A stretch of 64,000 nt of DNA from Gemmatimonadota bacterium (GCA_003222155.1 QHUU01000059.1:77578-141577), one strand, 5' to 3'; shown: positions 8,201 through 16,972, counted from the stretch's first letter. A program made the numbers and translations. Notes: generated from the sequence alone by a model not told the origin.

Positions 8201-8950
8201 TCAGGGTTGGATGACCACCGGGATGTCGGTGTGCCGCAGGATCTCCTCCGCGTGGGACACGACGACGGCGCTGGGCCGGCCGTCGACGTGGCTCATATGG
8301 GCGCCGGCGAACAGGGAGTCGCACTGTGTCCGCTTGATGACCTGAGCGACGACCTCGCCCGGCTTTCCGGGCTCGACGTGTGTGACGAATGCCACGCGCT
8401 GCATGGACAGCGCCGCTTCGGCCGCGCCCACCACCTGGAGGCCGGCTTCGCGGTCGTCGCTCGCGTGGATGACGTGGATGGTGCTCTCCACCACCGTGGC
8501 GAATTGGATGGCGAGCTCCAGTGCTCGCTGACTCGTTTCACGGCCATCGAACGCGACCGCGATGGACCGCATCGACGACGGAACGCCGCCGCACACGATG
8601 ACGCACCGCTCCGCGATGCGGATCAACGAGATCACGGTGGGCCCCAGGGCGGACCCCTTGGTCGTGACGCCGCGACGCCCGACCAGCACGGCGTCGGCGG
8701 TCTTGGCGAGCGCGGCCAGCTCGACGTCCGCGTCGCCCTCGATGGCCGCGGTTTCGACCTTCAACCCCGCCGCGAGGACGCGCTCCCGCGCCCGATCGAG
8801 CATGGCGGCGCCGTCCACCCCGTGCTTGCCCTCGCGCACGTACGCCACGATCAGCGTGCTGCGGAACCGCTCTCCCAGCAGCACCGCCTGCTCGAACGCC
8901 GCGTCGGCGCGCGGGCTGCCGTCCAGACCCACCAGCAGGCGCGTGAACAC
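8201..8950 (-). CDS. tandem universal stress protein (UspA family)
   Basis: 249 aa, GTG start. It has two Usp-like halves (RLLVGLDGSPRADAAF... and IAVAFDGRETSQRALE...). Confidence 0.8.
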   Translation of the reverse strand: MFTRLLVGLDGSPRADAAFEQAVLLGERFRSTLIVAYVREGKHGVDGAAMLDRARERVLAAGLKVETAAIEGDADVELAALAKTADAVLVGRRGVTTKGSALGPTVISLIRIAERCVIVCGGVPSSMRSIAVAFDGRETSQRALELAIQFATVVESTIHVIHASDDREAGLQVVGAAEAALSMQRVAFVTHVEPGKPGEVVAQVIKRTQCDSLFAGAHMSHVDGRPSAVVVSHAEEILRHTDIPVVIQP

Positions 8951-8952
8951 GG

Positions 8953-9207
8953 CTACGGCAGCACCGCGAACGACTCGAGGTCGTGCAGCGGGAACGCCAA
9001 CAACTCGCCCGTCATCGGCAGCCTGCCCTGGAGCGCCTCATCGCGCGCCACCGTCTCGAGCCGCTCGGCCACGACGACGTATTCCGTGCCGCGCCGTCGC
9101 AGCGCCACGCGCCGCCGCTCCCGCACCGCCCGCTCGAGCGCATCGAGTGCGTCGGGCGTGAGGCTCGTGTACTCGGGAATCGTGCTCGTCCCCGGTCGCC
9201 GCATCAT
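8953..9207 (-). CDS. hypothetical small protein, translationally coupled to selD
   Basis: 84 aa. Its ATG overlaps the selD stop (ATGA at 9204-9207). Third-position GC is high. I recognised no motif. Confidence 0.45.
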   Translation of the reverse strand: MMRRPGTSTIPEYTSLTPDALDALERAVRERRRVALRRRGTEYVVVAERLETVARDEALQGRLPMTGELLAFPLHDLESFAVLP

Positions 9208-10265
9208 CGCACCGCGATCCGGCCGGCTCTGCCGGCGACCACTCGGCCGATGACCGCGGCCGCGAGCGTGCCCTCGCGGCCGAGCGCGGCCACGAGCGTA
9301 TCGGCCCGCTCCGGGGCCACGGCGATCAGCAATCCCCCCGACGTCTGGGCGTCCGCGAGCAGCAGGCGAGTCGTGCGATCCACCCCGTCCGCGAATGTGA
9401 CGGCGTCGGCGACGCCCTCGACATTGCGCGTCGTGCCCCCGGGGATCGCGCCGCGCTCAGCCGCCTCGCGCGCCCGCGGCAACAGCGGCACGGCAGCCGC
9501 GGTGACTTCGGCGGCAACCCCGCTCGCTTCGAGCAGCGTGCGCAGGTGGCCGAGCAGGCCGAAGCCGGTGACATCGGTCGCGGCGTGCACGCTCGTGCCC
9601 ATGGCCAGCATGGCGCGGGCCGCTCCCGCGTTCAGCGTCGTCATCGCCGCGACGGCTGGCGCCACGTCCTGCTCCGTCAGGAGATCGCGCTTCAGGGCGG
9701 TAGTGAGCACCCCGGTGCCGAGCGGCTTCGTGAGCAGCAGCACGTCGCCCGGCTTGGCGCCGCTGTTCCTCACGATCCGATCGGGATGCACTTCTCCGAT
9801 CGCCACCATGCCGTACTTCGGCTCGGGGTCGTCGACCGAATGGCCGCCGAGCACGAACGCGCCGGCGGCGCGCGCCACCTCGGCGCCGCCGCGCAGCACC
9901 TCGCCCAACAGCTCGAACGGCAGCCCCTCGCGCGGCCAGCCCACGAGGTTGAGCGCGAGCAGCGGCGTGGCGCCCATCGCATACACGTCCGAGAACGCGT
10001 TGGTCGCGGCGATGCGCCCGAAGTCGTAAGGGTCGTCGACCAGGGGCGTGAAGAAGTCCACCGTCGCCACGATGGCGCGATCGGGCGCCATCTGGAAGAC
10101 GGCGGCGTCGTCGCGGCTCGAGGCGTCGACCAGGATCCGGGGATCCGTCGCGACCGGCACGTGGCGCAAGACCTGCGCCAACTCGGCGGGGCCGAGTTTG
10201 CAGGCTCAGCCAGCGCCGTGCGAGTAGCGCGTCAGCCGGATGGCGGCCACGGAAATGGCAGGCAT
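9204..10265 (-). CDS. selD: selenide, water dikinase (selenophosphate synthetase), selenocysteine-containing form
   Basis: The ORF track starts at TTG 10181, which lacks the conserved N-terminus. Reading upstream in frame gives M-PAISVAAIRLTRYSHGAG-U-ACKLGPAELAQVL, with TGA at 10208-10206 at the position of the catalytic Cys/Sec (E. coli SelD: [15 protein letters not shown]). The start is ATG 10265 or GTG 10250. The body has AIR-synthase-like motifs (DDAAV, DFFTP, GGHS). Confidence 0.85.
10163..10208 (-). promoter_or_regulatory. UGA(Sec) codon plus putative bacterial SECIS hairpins
   Basis: Sense strand: UGA GCCUGCA AACUCGGC-CCC-GCCGAGUU (8-bp stem, 10180-10198), then GGCGCA-GGUCU-UGCGCC (10163-10179). 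The apical GGUC of the second hairpin resembles the apex of the E. coli fdhF SECIS. Confidence 0.55.
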
Positions 10266-10284
10266 AGGGTCTACCGAAGATACG

Positions 10285-10659
10285 CTATCCCAGTCTCCAG
10301 GCGAGAATCGCGCCGGCCACCATGTAACGCGCCGTGTCCATGAGGCCGACCACGAGCTCCCGTTTTCGCTCGGCCGCGGAGGTGGCGAGCAGCTGCCACC
10401 GAACCGGATACGCGGCGAGCACGCCGAACAGGAGGAACAGCAGCCACCATCCCCCGCTTCCCAGCGAGTCGAACCACAGCGACGCCAGGAGCGTGACCAC
10501 CAGCGCCTCGAGCAGCCGCCCCGTGAGAGCCCAGCGGCTGTAACCCCAAACGAAATACCGTCGGCCGACCGACAAGTCCACGCGCTCTCCGATCGGCGGC
10601 GCTACGACGAACCATGCCGCGACCGGGAGCCACGCGAAAAAGAGCCGCGTGAGCGTCAC
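10285..10659 (-). CDS. small integral membrane protein (4 predicted TM segments), unknown function
   Basis: This is the C-terminal part of ORF 10285..11082. The GTG at 10659 overlaps the stop of the upstream gene (GTGA). Sequence: VTLTRLFFAWLPVAAWFVVAPPIG...WWLLFLLFGVLAAYPV...YMVAGAILAWRLG. Confidence 0.55.
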   Translation of the reverse strand: MTLTRLFFAWLPVAAWFVVAPPIGERVDLSVGRRYFVWGYSRWALTGRLLEALVVTLLASLWFDSLGSGGWWLLFLLFGVLAAYPVRWQLLATSAAERKRELVVGLMDTARYMVAGAILAWRLG

Positions 10660-12368
10660 TGCTTGGCGCGCTGCCCCGGCGGCACGTACCCAGGGCCGCG
10701 CAAGCCACGCCCCGGTCGGGCCGCGGTGAGCTTGCCGTGGTCGAGCACCTTCTGGCCGTTCACGAACACATAGGCGAATCCCACGGACGCCTGGTGCGGC
10801 TGCTCGAACGTCGCCTTGTCGGCCACGCTGGCTGGGTCGAACACGGTGATGTCCGCCGCCATGCCCGCCTTCAGAAGACCGCGATCCGAGAGCCCGACGC
10901 GTTGCGCCGCGAGCGCGGTCATCTTGCGCACCGCGAACTCGAGCGGGAAGAGCTTCAGGTCGCGCGAGTAGTGGCCCAGGATCCGGGCGAACGTGCCGTA
11001 GGCACGGGGGTGAGCCGATTGCGTGCCGAACGGCCCATCGGGCGCCACGCCGCCGAAGTCCGTGTTCACCGCCACCCACCACGTCTTCAGGGCCGTCTGG
11101 ACGTCGGGCTCACTCATCACCGCGTACACGGCATCGGTACGATGTCCGGTCTCGGCGAGCACGATGTCGAACAGGGTCTCGACCGGATCGCGGCGACGTT
11201 GGGCGGCGATCTCGCCGACCGTCTTTCCCTGCAAGTATCGCAACGAATCCTGGAACGTCCCCGTGATCAGCACGCCGTCGCCGCCGCCCGCCTCATAATA
11301 GAAGCTCTCCGTCCCCTTGGGCTTGACCATCTCGTCGCGGAGCCGGGCACGGGTCGCCGGCTCGCGCAGCCGCGCGAGCAGCGAGTCCCAACCGCCGCTC
11401 TCGGCCCACGACGGAATCGACGCGTCGAGCGCCGTGGCCGCGCGCGTGTAGGGGTACTGATCGGCCGTGACGTCGAGCCCCGCGCCCCGAGCCGAATCGA
11501 TCCGCGCGATGATGCGGGGCATCTGGCCCCAGCTCTTCCGGCCGGAGACCTTCAAATGGGAAACCTCGGCCGGGATGTCGGCCTCCCGGGCGATCTCGAA
11601 CAGCTCGTTCAGCGCGTCGTCGATACGCACTCCCTCGTTCCGCATGTGCGACGCGTAGATGCCCCCATGCCGGCGCGCGGCCTTGGCCAGGGCGATCAGC
11701 TCGTCGGTCTTGGAGTAGCTCGCCGGCGCGTACTCGAGCGCCGTCCACACCCCCAGCGCCCCCTGTTCCATGAGCGTATCCACGAGAGCCGTCATGCGCT
11801 CGAGCTCCGCCGCCGTGGGCGCGCGGTTCGCTTTCCCCACCACCGCGAGGCGCACCTGGGTGGCGCCCACGAACGTGGCGATGTTCAGGGCCGCGCCTTG
11901 TTTGGCGAGCTGGGCGAAGTAGCCGTCGAGATCGCGCCAGTCTTCACGATAATGCCACTTCTTCATGGCATCGGAGTCGTCCAGGACGAGCTGATCGGTC
12001 AGCGGAGCCACCGACCCCCCCTCGCCCGTCACCTCCGTCGTGACGCCCTGCGTGATCTTCGAGAACACGCGGTTGTCGATGAGCGCGTTGATCTCGGACT
12101 GACCCATCATGTCGATGAAGCCCGGCGAGACGACCAGCCCTCGCACGTCGAGCGTCTCGCGCGCCTGGGCCCCGCCCAGGAACCCCACGGCGGCGATGCG
12201 GTCGCCCCGCACGGCGACGTCGCCGCGGTACCGCGGATTCCCAGTACCGTCCACGATCCACCCGTTCTTCATGATGAGGTCGTAGGCACCTTTCCCGTTT
12301 CCCGTTTCCCCTTTCCCGCAGGCACCGACGAGCAGCACGGCGACCAAACGCAGTCTCACCTTGCCCAT
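10656..12368 (-). CDS. N-acyl-D-amino-acid deacylase (D-aminoacylase), predicted lipoprotein
   Basis: 570 aa, with GAGGAG before the ATG. The N-terminus is MGKVRLRLVAVLLVGAC, followed by the GKGETGNGKG insert. The amidohydrolase core follows (GFIDMMGQSE, ASHMRNEG, VSHLKV, TDFGG). Confidence 0.85.
   Translation of the reverse strand: MGKVRLRLVAVLLVGACGKGETGNGKGAYDLIMKNGWIVDGTGNPRYRGDVAVRGDRIAAVGFLGGAQARETLDVRGLVVSPGFIDMMGQSEINALIDNRVFSKITQGVTTEVTGEGGSVAPLTDQLVLDDSDAMKKWHYREDWRDLDGYFAQLAKQGAALNIATFVGATQVRLAVVGKANRAPTAAELERMTALVDTLMEQGALGVWTALEYAPASYSKTDELIALAKAARRHGGIYASHMRNEGVRIDDALNELFEIAREADIPAEVSHLKVSGRKSWGQMPRIIARIDSARGAGLDVTADQYPYTRAATALDASIPSWAESGGWDSLLARLREPATRARLRDEMVKPKGTESFYYEAGGGDGVLITGTFQDSLRYLQGKTVGEIAAQRRRDPVETLFDIVLAETGHRTDAVYAVMSEPDVQTALKTWWVAVNTDFGGVAPDGPFGTQSAHPRAYGTFARILGHYSRDLKLFPLEFAVRKMTALAAQRVGLSDRGLLKAGMAADITVFDPASVADKATFEQPHQASVGFAYVFVNGQKVLDHGKLTAARPGRGLRGPGYVPPGQRAKQ
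12289..12317 (-). repeat. G-tract heptamer array, (GGGAAAC)-type, in frame inside the D-aminoacylase gene
   Basis: The sense strand reads GGGAAA GGGGAAAC GGGAAAC GGGAAAGG and encodes GKGETGNGKG. It is flanked by a perfect 7-bp direct repeat, AGGCACC (12284-12290 and 12320-12326). Confidence 0.9.
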
Positions 12369-13723
12369 GTTCTCCTCAGCGAATCCGGGTGGACGATCCG
12401 TCCACGTATCATGACGAAGGCGATGCGCCGGGTCGCGGCGATGTCCGTCCCCGGGTTGGCGTCGAGCACGACGAGATCGGCGACCTTGCCGGGGATGAGC
12501 TCACCCAGCGAGTCGGCCCGCAGCAACTCGGCACCCTTGCGCGTGGCGGCAGTGATGGCCTCGACCGGCGTCAAGCCGGCGCCGACCAGCAGGCTCATTT
12601 CCTCGTGCAGCGACAGCCCCGGCACGAGCAGCTGGTTTGCGGCGTCGGAGCCGGCGGCGACGAGCCCCCCCGCCCGCTTGAACTCGCGCACGAACTGGTT
12701 CTGGCGCGCGCGCGACCGGCGGAACGCCTGCAGGTCGCCCTCGCGCCAGCCGCTGCGCCGCAGCAGGCCCGCGACGTCGCGCACGCTCGTCGCGGCGGAG
12801 GGCACGTCCTCCATGCCGGGGCGCGACAGCAGGGTGGGGTTGTCGAGCCGGGAGAGCATCTCGTGCAGCACGAGCGTCGGAACGATGGCGACGTGCGTGG
12901 CGGAGAGCCCCCGGGCCACGCGCTCGAGCGCCACGGAGTCGAGCAGCGCCCATCCCGCTTCCTCCAAGGTCCAGCCGCGCAGGAACTGGTCGTGGGCCCG
13001 CAGGTAGGGGCCCGGGTTGCGACTCGCCGCCTGCACGACGCCGGCCATGTGCTCGAGTGACGCGACGCCGGCCCGCGCCGCAGTCAGCGCGTCGATCTTG
13101 CCGAGGTGCGCCGCCACCGGAAACCGCAGCGTCGACGCCTCGTCAACGAGCGGCGGCAGCAGGTCGGCGGTGACCTTGGTGTAGATCTTGACCAGGTCCG
13201 CTCCGGCGACGGCGCGCTGGTCGACCGCTTTGCGCACGTCGGCGCGGGTGCGCACGGCGGTGGCCGCAGGGTAGGTGGGCGGCGCGCCGTCGATCATCGC
13301 CCCGGAGGTGAACATGCGCGGGCCCAGCACCGAGCCGAGGTTGAGGTCGTTCTTGAGGGCGATGGACGAGTCGGTACTCGACGCGCCGAGGTCGCGCACC
13401 GTGGTGACGCCCCAGGCCAGGTAGCGCTCGGCCGCCCAGCGCTCCACGTGGGCGTGCGCGTCGACCAGCCCCGGCATCACGGTTTTCCCGATCAGGCTCA
13501 CCGTGCGGGCACCGCGCGGCACGGGGATCTCGTTCACCCGCGCCACGGCCTGGATGTGGCCGTTCCTTACGAGAATCACGGCGTCCTGCACCGGAGCGCG
13601 GCCCGAGCCGTCGATCAACGTCCCCCCCTCGAGCGCGATGACACCGTCGCCCGGGGGCTTGCAGCTCGCGAGCGCGACGAGCGTCAGGAGGCCGAGCGGG
13701 AGGCGGGCCGGTCGAAATGTCAC
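12356..13723 (-). CDS. amidohydrolase family protein (metal-dependent hydrolase), lipoprotein signal
   Basis: 455 aa. The GTG start overlaps the upstream stop (GTGA). Recognisable elements are LLTLVALASC, the metal-binding motif PGLVDAHAHV, and VAAHLG...LEH. Confidence 0.85.
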   Translation of the reverse strand: MTFRPARLPLGLLTLVALASCKPPGDGVIALEGGTLIDGSGRAPVQDAVILVRNGHIQAVARVNEIPVPRGARTVSLIGKTVMPGLVDAHAHVERWAAERYLAWGVTTVRDLGASSTDSSIALKNDLNLGSVLGPRMFTSGAMIDGAPPTYPAATAVRTRADVRKAVDQRAVAGADLVKIYTKVTADLLPPLVDEASTLRFPVAAHLGKIDALTAARAGVASLEHMAGVVQAASRNPGPYLRAHDQFLRGWTLEEAGWALLDSVALERVARGLSATHVAIVPTLVLHEMLSRLDNPTLLSRPGMEDVPSAATSVRDVAGLLRRSGWREGDLQAFRRSRARQNQFVREFKRAGGLVAAGSDAANQLLVPGLSLHEEMSLLVGAGLTPVEAITAATRKGAELLRADSLGELIPGKVADLVVLDANPGTDIAATRRIAFVMIRGRIVHPDSLRRTWAR

Positions 13724-14157
13724 TTCGGGTCTGACGATGTGTGGTCGTGGAGAATCTGCCAGCGATTGTCCCGCTTCTGGAGCACGAGTGTGAACGGCCC
13801 GCTCGCCGTCACGGAATCCCGGCGCAGCAGCTTGAAGCGCGCGGTGCAGAGCGCGAGATCGGGTGCGAGCGGGCGCACCCGTACCTCCTCGAACGCCAAG
13901 GAGTCACGGGACTTGCCGGGGGCGAAATAGGTCGTCTGGTAGCGGTCGAACAACTTCCGCCATCCGTACACCACGTGACCGGCGGAGACGTAGCTCGTGA
14001 GCGAGTCGTGCGCATAGTCGCTCATGAAGCCCGCGAGATCGCCGCGATTCCAGTCGGACGCGCTGCGGGAGAGCAGCGCCGCGATGTCGCCCTGCGGGTC
14101 TCCGCGTGGGGGCGTCGCGCAGGCCGCCAGGATCACCACACACCACACACCGCGCAC
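13720..14157 (-). CDS. SnoaL-like / DUF4440-type (NTF2 fold) protein, lipoprotein signal
   Basis: ORF 13720..14226. The preferred start is GTG 14157 with GGAGG 7 nt upstream (VRGVWCVVILAAC). SASDWNRGDLAGFMSDY...W pattern is typical of NTF2-like domains. Confidence 0.6.
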   Translation of the reverse strand: MRGVWCVVILAACATPPRGDPQGDIAALLSRSASDWNRGDLAGFMSDYAHDSLTSYVSAGHVVYGWRKLFDRYQTTYFAPGKSRDSLAFEEVRVRPLAPDLALCTARFKLLRRDSVTASGPFTLVLQKRDNRWQILHDHTSSDPK

Positions 14158-14262
14158 CGCGTCACCTCCGTGCTGCCGGGGCTGCAACGTAGCGCGGGAG
14201 CGTCTCGCGGAGATGGGCCTGACCATCCGAAAGACGCTCCCGCGGTGTGCCGTCGACGTCTG

Positions 14263-14529
14263 CTAGCGGCGACGCCGTCTCGCCGTCTTCCTCCGTTTCG
14301 CCTTGCCGCCGCGCTTGGCCTTGGCGCGCGGCCGCTTCTTCGCGGCCCGCTTCTTCGCCTTGGGTCTCGCCGCCTTCCGCTTGGCAGCTGGCTTCCGCCG
14401 CGGCGAACCCATCGGCTCATCCATCATCGGCGCTGGGGTGGGCGGCGTCGGGGGTGCCGGCGGATACAGCGGCTCCATCATCCCTGGGCCGGTCCAGCTG
14501 CTCTCCGAAAAATCGGTTGGCTCGAGCAT
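14263..14529 (-). CDS. small protein with acidic/Pro-rich head and histone-H1-like Lys/Ala/Arg-rich tail
   Basis: 88 aa, with GGAGAG before the ATG and GC-rich third positions. The tail is RRKPAAKRKAARPKAKKRAAKKRPRAKAKRGGKAKRRKTARRRRR. Confidence 0.45.
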   Translation of the reverse strand: MLEPTDFSESSWTGPGMMEPLYPPAPPTPPTPAPMMDEPMGSPRRKPAAKRKAARPKAKKRAAKKRPRAKAKRGGKAKRRKTARRRRR

Positions 14530-14701
14530 CGGACGATCTCTCCTCTGCTGGTTGTCGGTGGGCGCGTGGCCTATAGCTTACCGCGGGAATGCGGCCACGC
14601 AAGTGCGCCGCGCCGGGGCCGCGCCGCGCGGCTCCGGCGCGGAGCGGTCGTGACAAGTTAGCTTGACAAGGCCACTTACGAGCAATTACGTTCGCGCCGC
14701 T

Positions 14702-16972
14702 ATGATCGCTCGCCGTCTCTTGGTCAGCGCCGCACTCGCGTGCCCCGGTGTCGCGCGCGCGCAAGCCGTCACAGAAGTCCAGGTCGCTCCGCCCTCGGTG
14801 ACGATCAAAGTCGGGGAGAAGAGCGGGTTGTTGGCCACCGCGTTCGATCGCGTGGGGAACGTGATTCCCAATGCGCGCGTGATCTGGTCGTCCAACAACG
14901 TCGCGGTCGCCAAGGTCGACAACAACGGCACGGTCACGGGGATGGGCGGCGGCGTCGCGATCATCGAGGCGCGCGTCGGGGCCCGCAAGGGACAGGCGGC
15001 GGTTCAGGTCGTCGGCAGTCCGGCCGCGCCCCCGCCGACCCCGGCGGGGCAACAACCCGGGACCCCTGCCCACGCGACGGGGGAGGCGACAGGGCCGGAT
15101 GCCTTCGCGGGCCAACCGGCCGGCACCGGTCCCGCCGCGGTGCTGCGGATCGAGCCCCCGACGATTTATTTGCTGCCCTCCGAGAACACGCGCGTCGCGC
15201 CGCGGGCCCTGAAGGACGACGGCACGCCCGCTGCGCCGGTCGTGGTGACGTGGAAATCGCTCCGGCCCGACATCGCGAGTGTGGATCAGAACGGCGTGGT
15301 CGTCGCGCTCGCGCCGGGACAAGGCACCGTGCAGGTGACGAGCGCGGGCGGGCTCACCGCCACGGCGCCCGTCGTGGTTCAGCCGAGCGATCTCACCGTG
15401 CAAGAGCCGGTGCCCGTGGTGATGTCACCCGGAGACGTCGATACGCTGCACGTCGCGGTGCCGACGCAAGGGGGGCGACTGGTCAGCCCGCTCGCGCTGC
15501 AGTGGTCGACGGCGGATGCGAGTGTGGCTCGGGTCAGCCTCACGGGCGCGGTCACGGCGGTGGCGCCGGGACGCACCACGCTCACGGTCACCGGCTTGCT
15601 GCAGACGAAGACCGTGGAAGTCGTGGTGCATCGCACCGTGGAGCAGCTGGCCGTGAGCCCCACGTACAAGGCGGACGTGCCTCTCCCGATCCAGGGGACT
15701 GTGAAGTTCACGGTGCAAGGGCTTGCGGCCGATAAGACGCCGGTACCCGAAGCGCAGTTCTACTGGAACGTGGGCGACAGCACGCTCGCGAGCTTCGATC
15801 CGACATCGGGTGCCCTGACCGGCAAGCGCGCCGGAAAGACGACGCTCACGGTGAAGGGACCAGGTCCCGGGCTCAGCGTCACTTGGCCGATCCGGGTGAT
15901 CGCGGCGGGTCTCAAGTTGTCCGCCGCCCGCCTGGGCGTCCCGCTCGCCCGACGTGTGCCGCTGCGGGCGAGCTTCGCCGACGAATCGGGCGCGGTGATC
16001 GGGCCGGCCACGGGGGTGTCGTGGGTGTCGGAGAATCCGTCGGTCGCGACCGTCAGCGAAGACGGGACGGTGACGACCGCCGGGTACGGGCACGCACGCA
16101 TCACCGCCACGGCACCGGGCGGGCGGCGCGCAGTCGCCGAGGTGTTCGTGGAGGGCGAGATCGTGGTGGCGAGCTCGCGCTCCGGACGGTTCCAGCTGTA
16201 CGCGGCCGAGCGCGCCAACCTGGCGCAGCTGCGCAAGATCATGGACGACACGGCGACCGCGACCGAGCCGGCGTTCTCACCGGACGGCTCGCGCATCGCG
16301 TTCACCTCGACCCGCGACGGCCAGCCCGAGGTGTACGTCATGGATGCCGACGGGACCAACGCCGCACGGCTCACCAACTCTCCGGGGTTGGACGGCGACC
16401 CGTCGTTCAGCGCCGACGGCCAGGCCGTGGTGTTTCACTCCCAGCGCACCGGTCATCGCCAGATCTACCTCCAGCCGATCACCAGCTCCGTCGCGGTGCC
16501 CCTCACGCAGGAGCCGGCCGACAACTCGCAGCCGACCATGTCGCCCGACGGCGAGGTGATCGCCTTCGTGTCGAACCGCGACGGCAACAACCATATCTGG
16601 CTCATGACGAAAGACGGCACGAACCAGCGTCCTTTCACGCGAGGCCCGCAGGGCAAGGAGAGCGCACCCCATTTCCTGCGCGACGGCACGCTCGCCTATT
16701 TGGTGGAGCAAAAGGAGGGGGGGCGCACCTCGACCCAGGTGATGAAGGCGGACTTGACGACCGGAAAGGTCGCGCCGCTCGCGGGCACGGATCTGATGGT
16801 CACGGACTTCGCCGTCTCGGGCGTTGGTGACCTGCTGGGTCTCGTGGTGGCGGTGCAAAAGAACGTGTTCCGGGTGTACATCCAGCCGATCGGCGCGAGC
16901 GGCGGCGGCGCGCCCGTGGCAATCCCGTCGAGCGGCGCCGAGCAGATGGTGTCTCCCGCGTTCATGCCGTAG
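14702..16972 (+). CDS. secreted protein with multiple Big_2 (bacterial Ig-like) domains and a C-terminal TolB-like PD40 beta-propeller
   Basis: ORF 14663..16972. Starting at ATG 14702 gives the signal peptide MIARRLLVSAALACPGVARAQA. VTxxGxVTAxxxGxxxITA-type Big_2 units are repeated. C-terminal PD40 repeats are present (PAFSPDGSRIAFTS, PSFSADGQAVVF, PTMSPDGEVIAFVS). Confidence 0.8.
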   Translation: MIARRLLVSAALACPGVARAQAVTEVQVAPPSVTIKVGEKSGLLATAFDRVGNVIPNARVIWSSNNVAVAKVDNNGTVTGMGGGVAIIEARVGARKGQAAVQVVGSPAAPPPTPAGQQPGTPAHATGEATGPDAFAGQPAGTGPAAVLRIEPPTIYLLPSENTRVAPRALKDDGTPAAPVVVTWKSLRPDIASVDQNGVVVALAPGQGTVQVTSAGGLTATAPVVVQPSDLTVQEPVPVVMSPGDVDTLHVAVPTQGGRLVSPLALQWSTADASVARVSLTGAVTAVAPGRTTLTVTGLLQTKTVEVVVHRTVEQLAVSPTYKADVPLPIQGTVKFTVQGLAADKTPVPEAQFYWNVGDSTLASFDPTSGALTGKRAGKTTLTVKGPGPGLSVTWPIRVIAAGLKLSAARLGVPLARRVPLRASFADESGAVIGPATGVSWVSENPSVATVSEDGTVTTAGYGHARITATAPGGRRAVAEVFVEGEIVVASSRSGRFQLYAAERANLAQLRKIMDDTATATEPAFSPDGSRIAFTSTRDGQPEVYVMDADGTNAARLTNSPGLDGDPSFSADGQAVVFHSQRTGHRQIYLQPITSSVAVPLTQEPADNSQPTMSPDGEVIAFVSNRDGNNHIWLMTKDGTNQRPFTRGPQGKESAPHFLRDGTLAYLVEQKEGGRTSTQVMKADLTTGKVAPLAGTDLMVTDFAVSGVGDLLGLVVAVQKNVFRVYIQPIGASGGGAPVAIPSSGAEQMVSPAFMP

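Noticed and set aside
10737-13007. 756-aa plus-strand ORF
   Set aside because: It is antisense to the D-aminoacylase and amidohydrolase genes and has no motifs.
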